Notes under the pieces: generated by a model
Databases searched by the model: none
What the model was told of the DNA's origin: nothing
Seen by the model: the letters and a program-made list of their open reading frames with translations, nothing else
Assembly: GCA_046299555.1 (NCBI GenBank)
Contig: JBKBHS010000004.1
Location: forward strand, 120,959-184,958
DNA: 64,000 nt
Origin: Bacteroidia bacterium
Lineage (GTDB): Bacteria > Bacteroidota > Bacteroidia > JACCXN01
Direction of reading: 5' to 3'
Part shown: positions 60,512-64,000 of the stretch, one piece after another
Numbering within the stretch: position 1 is the stretch's first letter
Layout of the letters: the number at the start of each line of letters is the position of its first letter
Position numbers and translations under genes: made by a program

Positions 60512-60922
60512 ATGAAAATTTTAAGAAATATTTTAGCTGTAATAATTGGTGCCATTGTGGGTAGTATTATAAATGGAGCAATTATTTCTGTAAGTGGGAA
60601 AATAATACCACCACCGGCAGATGTAGATGTAACTACTATGGAAGGTTTGCGTGCTACCATGCATTTGTTTGAGCCAAAACATTTTTTAATGCCTTTTCTG
60701 GCGCATGCTTTAGGAACTTTTGTTGGTGCGCTTTTAGCTATGCTCATAGCTGCTTCGCATAAATTTTATTTTGCACTTACGGTTTCTTTTTTATTTTTAA
60801 TTGGAGGATTTATCAATGTTGTTTTACTTCCTTCTCCCTTATGGTTCACTTTGTGTGATTTAATTTTAGCATATATCCCAATGGGTTTACTGGCGAATTT
60901 AATTTTAAGGAATAAGTCGTAA
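60512..60922 (+). CDS. Hypothetical four-TM membrane protein
   Basis: Hydrophobic 136-aa ORF with PFLAHALGTFVGA. Confidence 0.75.
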   Translation: MKILRNILAVIIGAIVGSIINGAIISVSGKIIPPPADVDVTTMEGLRATMHLFEPKHFLMPFLAHALGTFVGALLAMLIAASHKFYFALTVSFLFLIGGFINVVLLPSPLWFTLCDLILAYIPMGLLANLILRNKS

Positions 60923-61181
60923 GTGGTAAGTCGTAAGTTTTTAGTTAGAAAATTATTCAATATGTAAATGTGTAAATGTGAAGATTTGAAGATTTGAAGA
61001 TTCGAAGATTGGAAGATTGAAAGATTAGAAGATTAGAAAATGTGGAAATGTGAAGATTAAAAAATGAATTTAGATATTTTCAATAAGGTTAACAATTTTT
61101 ACTAATCTCTATTAATCTCAATTAATCTCCATTAATCTCCACAAGTTTCAACTAATTTCAATAACCAATAACCAATAACCA
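60913..61181. repeat. Composite short tandem repeat array B (5x 7-mer, ~15x 8-mer, 6x 10-mer, 3x 7-mer)
   Basis: TAAGTCG 60913-60947; AAGATTNG/AAATGTG 8-nt register 60949-61068; ATTAATCTCN 61101-61160; ATAACCA 61161-61181. Confidence 0.9.
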
Positions 61182-61191
61182 ATAATTTCTT

Positions 61192-62094
61192 TTAGAAAAA
61201 AATCTGTTGTGCCAGTCGGTAGGTATTGGCATGTGCTTCTATAATATCCGATAGTTTTTCGGAGTAGCCACCACCCATACTTGCAGCTATGGGAATTTTA
61301 TTTGCTTTACAGAATTCAAGTACAAAACGGTCGCGTTCTTTGCAGCCTTCTATGCTTAAGCCAAGTCTGCCTAATTTATCGCTTGCCAAAACATCTACAC
61401 CACTTTGATAAAAAATAAAATCGGGCTCAAAATCTTCTGCAATTTTTGGTAAGGTATTTTTTAAAATTTTCAGGTAAGCGTTATCGTCAATATGGTCGGG
61501 TAATTCAATATCTAAATTAGATTTTTCTTTTTGTAAGGGATAATTTTTTTCTCCATGCATCGAGAAGGTAAAAACATTTTCATCATCTTGAAAAATGGAT
61601 GCAGTTCCATTTCCCTGATGTACATCTAAATCAACTACTAAAATGCGTTTTTTTAATTGATGTTGTAACAAATATTTTGCAGCAATGGCAATATCATTAA
61701 GCAGGCAAAAACCTTCGCCTCTGTCGCGAAAGGCATGATGAGTGCCACCGGCAATATTCAAAGCAACACCGTATTCCAATGCATATAGAGCGGCATCAAT
61801 AGTACCTTGCATAATAACCTGTTCGCGATGCACCAACTCTGCAGATAATGGAAAACCCATTTTTCTGATTTCAGATTGGGTAAGTTCCAGATTTTTTAAT
61901 CGTGAAAAATAGGTTGCATCATGGCATGCTAAAATACTGTTGCTTTCTGCAATTTTGGGTTCAAATAAATTATAATGGCTAATGGTGCCTTCGTGCAATA
62001 ATTGTTCAGGAAGCAGCTCGTATTTAGCCATAGGGAAGCGATGTCCTTCCGGCAAGGGATGAGCATAGCACTTTGACCAGGCAATTTTTAGCAT
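61192..62094 (-). CDS. Histone deacetylase family (Zn-dependent) deacylase
   Basis: GHRFPMAKY, GGTHHA, GFC..ND, DLDVHQGNGT, GVD...D.LG, GGGY. Confidence 0.93.
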   Translation of the reverse strand: MLKIAWSKCYAHPLPEGHRFPMAKYELLPEQLLHEGTISHYNLFEPKIAESNSILACHDATYFSRLKNLELTQSEIRKMGFPLSAELVHREQVIMQGTIDAALYALEYGVALNIAGGTHHAFRDRGEGFCLLNDIAIAAKYLLQHQLKKRILVVDLDVHQGNGTASIFQDDENVFTFSMHGEKNYPLQKEKSNLDIELPDHIDDNAYLKILKNTLPKIAEDFEPDFIFYQSGVDVLASDKLGRLGLSIEGCKERDRFVLEFCKANKIPIAASMGGGYSEKLSDIIEAHANTYRLAQQIFF

Positions 62095-62125
62095 AGAAAT
62101 TTTAGACAGTAAACAATACTATTGC

Positions 62126-63223
62126 TTACATGTTTTTTAGCGCTTTTGCTTTTTCTTCAGCTGCTTTATTTTTTTCAATAACGTGTCCCGGGCGCGACCA
62201 TTTTACTTTTTCAGCAGTTTCAGGACGCTCTTTGTAGCTTTCCTTTACTTCCGGTTTTTTACCGTCTTTAAAAGGTTCTTTGGGCACTAATCCAAGTATC
62301 TTAAACATTTGCATATCCTGGTTAAATTCAGGATTTGGAGTGGTTAATAATTTATCGCCTGCAAAAATGGAATTGGCTCCTGCCATAAAACAAAGCGCTT
62401 GTCCTTCCATGCTCATTTGTAAACGTCCGGCTGAAAGTCGAACAGCGGCCTTTGGCATAACAATACGAGTTGTAGCTACCATACGTACCATTTCCCAAAT
62501 GGAGGCAGATTGAGCATCTTCCAGCGGTGTGCCTTCTACAGGTACTAAGGCATTAATAGGTACTGATTCCGGTTGTGGATCTAAATTCGATAAGGTATAA
62601 AGCATTCCTACACGATCTTCTACACTTTCGCCCATACCTATAATTCCACCTGAACAAACCGTAACTCCTGCTTTACGGGCATTGGTAATGGTTTGAATTC
62701 TATCGTCAAATGAACGGGTGGAAATTATTTCTTTATAATATTCTTCTGATGTGTCGATGTTGTGATTGTAAGCATATAAACCTGCATCAGCCAATCTTTT
62801 GGCTTGATTTTCAGTAAGCATGCCAAGCGTACAGCAAACTTCCATGTTTAATTCATTTACAGTACGTACCATTTCTAGAACTTTATCAAAATCGTCATTG
62901 TCTTTAACATTACGCCATGCAGCACCCATACATAAACGCGAAGAGCCTGCTTGTTTAGCTTTAATGGCAGCTTCTCTAACTTCTTCAATACTCATCAAAT
63001 CATTGGTTTTTATGTTGGTGTGATAACGCGCTGCTTGTGGGCAATAAGCACAGTCTTCAGCACAACCGCCTGTTTTTATAGAAAGTAATGTGCTAACTTG
63101 AACTTCTCTCGGATTGTGATATTGACGATGTATGGTAGCTGCTTCGTAAACCAACTCTAAAAGTGGTTTATTGTAAATAGCTAATATTTCTTCTTTGCTA
63201 TATTTGGGAATAAATGTTGACAT
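62126..63223 (-). CDS. bioB: Biotin synthase
   Basis: [16 protein letters not shown] radical-SAM motif, YNHNIDT, PESVPIN, VRLSAGR, GANSIF. Confidence 0.97.
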   Translation of the reverse strand: MSTFIPKYSKEEILAIYNKPLLELVYEAATIHRQYHNPREVQVSTLLSIKTGGCAEDCAYCPQAARYHTNIKTNDLMSIEEVREAAIKAKQAGSSRLCMGAAWRNVKDNDDFDKVLEMVRTVNELNMEVCCTLGMLTENQAKRLADAGLYAYNHNIDTSEEYYKEIISTRSFDDRIQTITNARKAGVTVCSGGIIGMGESVEDRVGMLYTLSNLDPQPESVPINALVPVEGTPLEDAQSASIWEMVRMVATTRIVMPKAAVRLSAGRLQMSMEGQALCFMAGANSIFAGDKLLTTPNPEFNQDMQMFKILGLVPKEPFKDGKKPEVKESYKERPETAEKVKWSRPGHVIEKNKAAEEKAKALKNM

Positions 63224-63265
63224 GGACTTAAATTTTAATGGCTAAAAATACAAAATGCAATTGGA

Positions 63266-64000
63266 TTATTTTTTCTTGACTAATTTTTCTTTCAGATATT
63301 TTCCGGTATATGAATTTTTACATTTAATTAAATCATCAGGTATTCCTTCAAAAACAATTGTTCCGCCTTCATCACCGCCTTCTGGGCCTAAATCAATTAC
63401 CCAATCGGCACATTTTACAATATCTAAATTGTGTTCAATTACAACCAATGAATGACCATTTTCTATTAAGGCATCAAATGCAGATAATAGTTTTTTTACA
63501 TCATGAAAATGTAATCCGGTAGTTGGTTCATCAAAAATAAATAATAGCGGTTGTAATGATTTTCCTTTACCTATAAATGATGCCAATTTAATTCGTTGTG
63601 CTTCGCCACCGCTTAATGTACTCGATGATTGTCCTAATTTTACATAACCCAAACCTACATCCTGTAGGGGTTTTAATTTTTCGATAATTTTAGTTTCTAT
63701 TTTGCTTTCACTTTTGTGTGAATTAAAAAAATCAATGGCATCATCAATGGTCATTTCCAAAATATCATAAACGTTTTTACCATGATACTCTATTTCTAAA
63801 ATTTCATCTTTAAAACGTTTTCCATGGCAGGCATCACAAGTAAGATGCACATCAGCCATAAATTGCATTTCTACTTTAATAATACCTTCGCCTTCGCACA
63901 TTTCGCAGCGGCCGCCATCAACGTTAAATGAAAAATACGCAGGCTTGTAATTTCGTACTTTGGCAAGTGGCAGCGAAGTAAATAAATCTCTTATTTCATC
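63266..64000 (-). CDS. uvrA: Excinuclease ABC subunit A, C-terminal part (5' end outside the window)
   Basis: FSFNVDGGRCEMCEGEG Zn finger, TLSGGEAQRIKLA, DEPTTGLH, IEHNLD, DLGPEGG. Confidence 0.93.
   Translation of the reverse strand, partial: DEIRDLFTSLPLAKVRNYKPAYFSFNVDGGRCEMCEGEGIIKVEMQFMADVHLTCDACHGKRFKDEILEIEYHGKNVYDILEMTIDDAIDFFNSHKSESKIETKIIEKLKPLQDVGLGYVKLGQSSSTLSGGEAQRIKLASFIGKGKSLQPLLFIFDEPTTGLHFHDVKKLLSAFDALIENGHSLVVIEHNLDIVKCADWVIDLGPEGGDEGGTIVFEGIPDDLIKCKNSYTGKYLKEKLVKKK

Noticed and set aside
52871-61181. CRISPR arrays at the two repeat regions
   Set aside because: Units are 7-10 nt and contiguous, with no unique spacers and no cas genes
61192-63223. Functional link between bioB and the deacetylase
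   Set aside because: Adjacency only; nothing in the sequence supports a shared pathway

Overview
Low-GC chromosomal window from a member of the Bacteroidota. This assignment rests on TAnnTTTG-type promoters, T9SS cargo proteins, near absence of Shine-Dalgarno sites and rpsU-xerC-hpf-tRNA-tuf synteny. The first 25 kb is core genome: a two-component system, an NSS transporter with a small subunit, apt, rpsU/xerC/hpf, five tRNAs, tuf, secE-nusG-rplKAJL-rpoBC, bcp-recA and dnaX. Directly after dnaX (25.35-29.28 kb) lies a tandem array of three secreted proteins with T9SS type-B sorting tails. They have a near-constant 3' region, variable N-terminal domains and REP-like palindromes at every junction. 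Each gene is preceded by a shared leader fused to the amputated 3' end of a T9SS type-A cargo gene, so the units look like orphan cassettes. The rest holds housekeeping and envelope genes (LpxH-like hydrolase with an apparent CTG start, M1/M3/S8 peptidases, purKE, HhH proteins, TonB receptor, HDAC, bioB, uvrA). It also contains a small accessory patch with a type IIG restriction-modification fusion and a REP-flanked Y1 transposase. That patch is bracketed by two composite microsatellites that share the same 7-mer, 8-mer, 10-mer order. Other notable signals are a dnaX poly-A slippage site and strong SD sequences upstream of rpsU and hpf. All calls come from reading the sequence; no searches were run.
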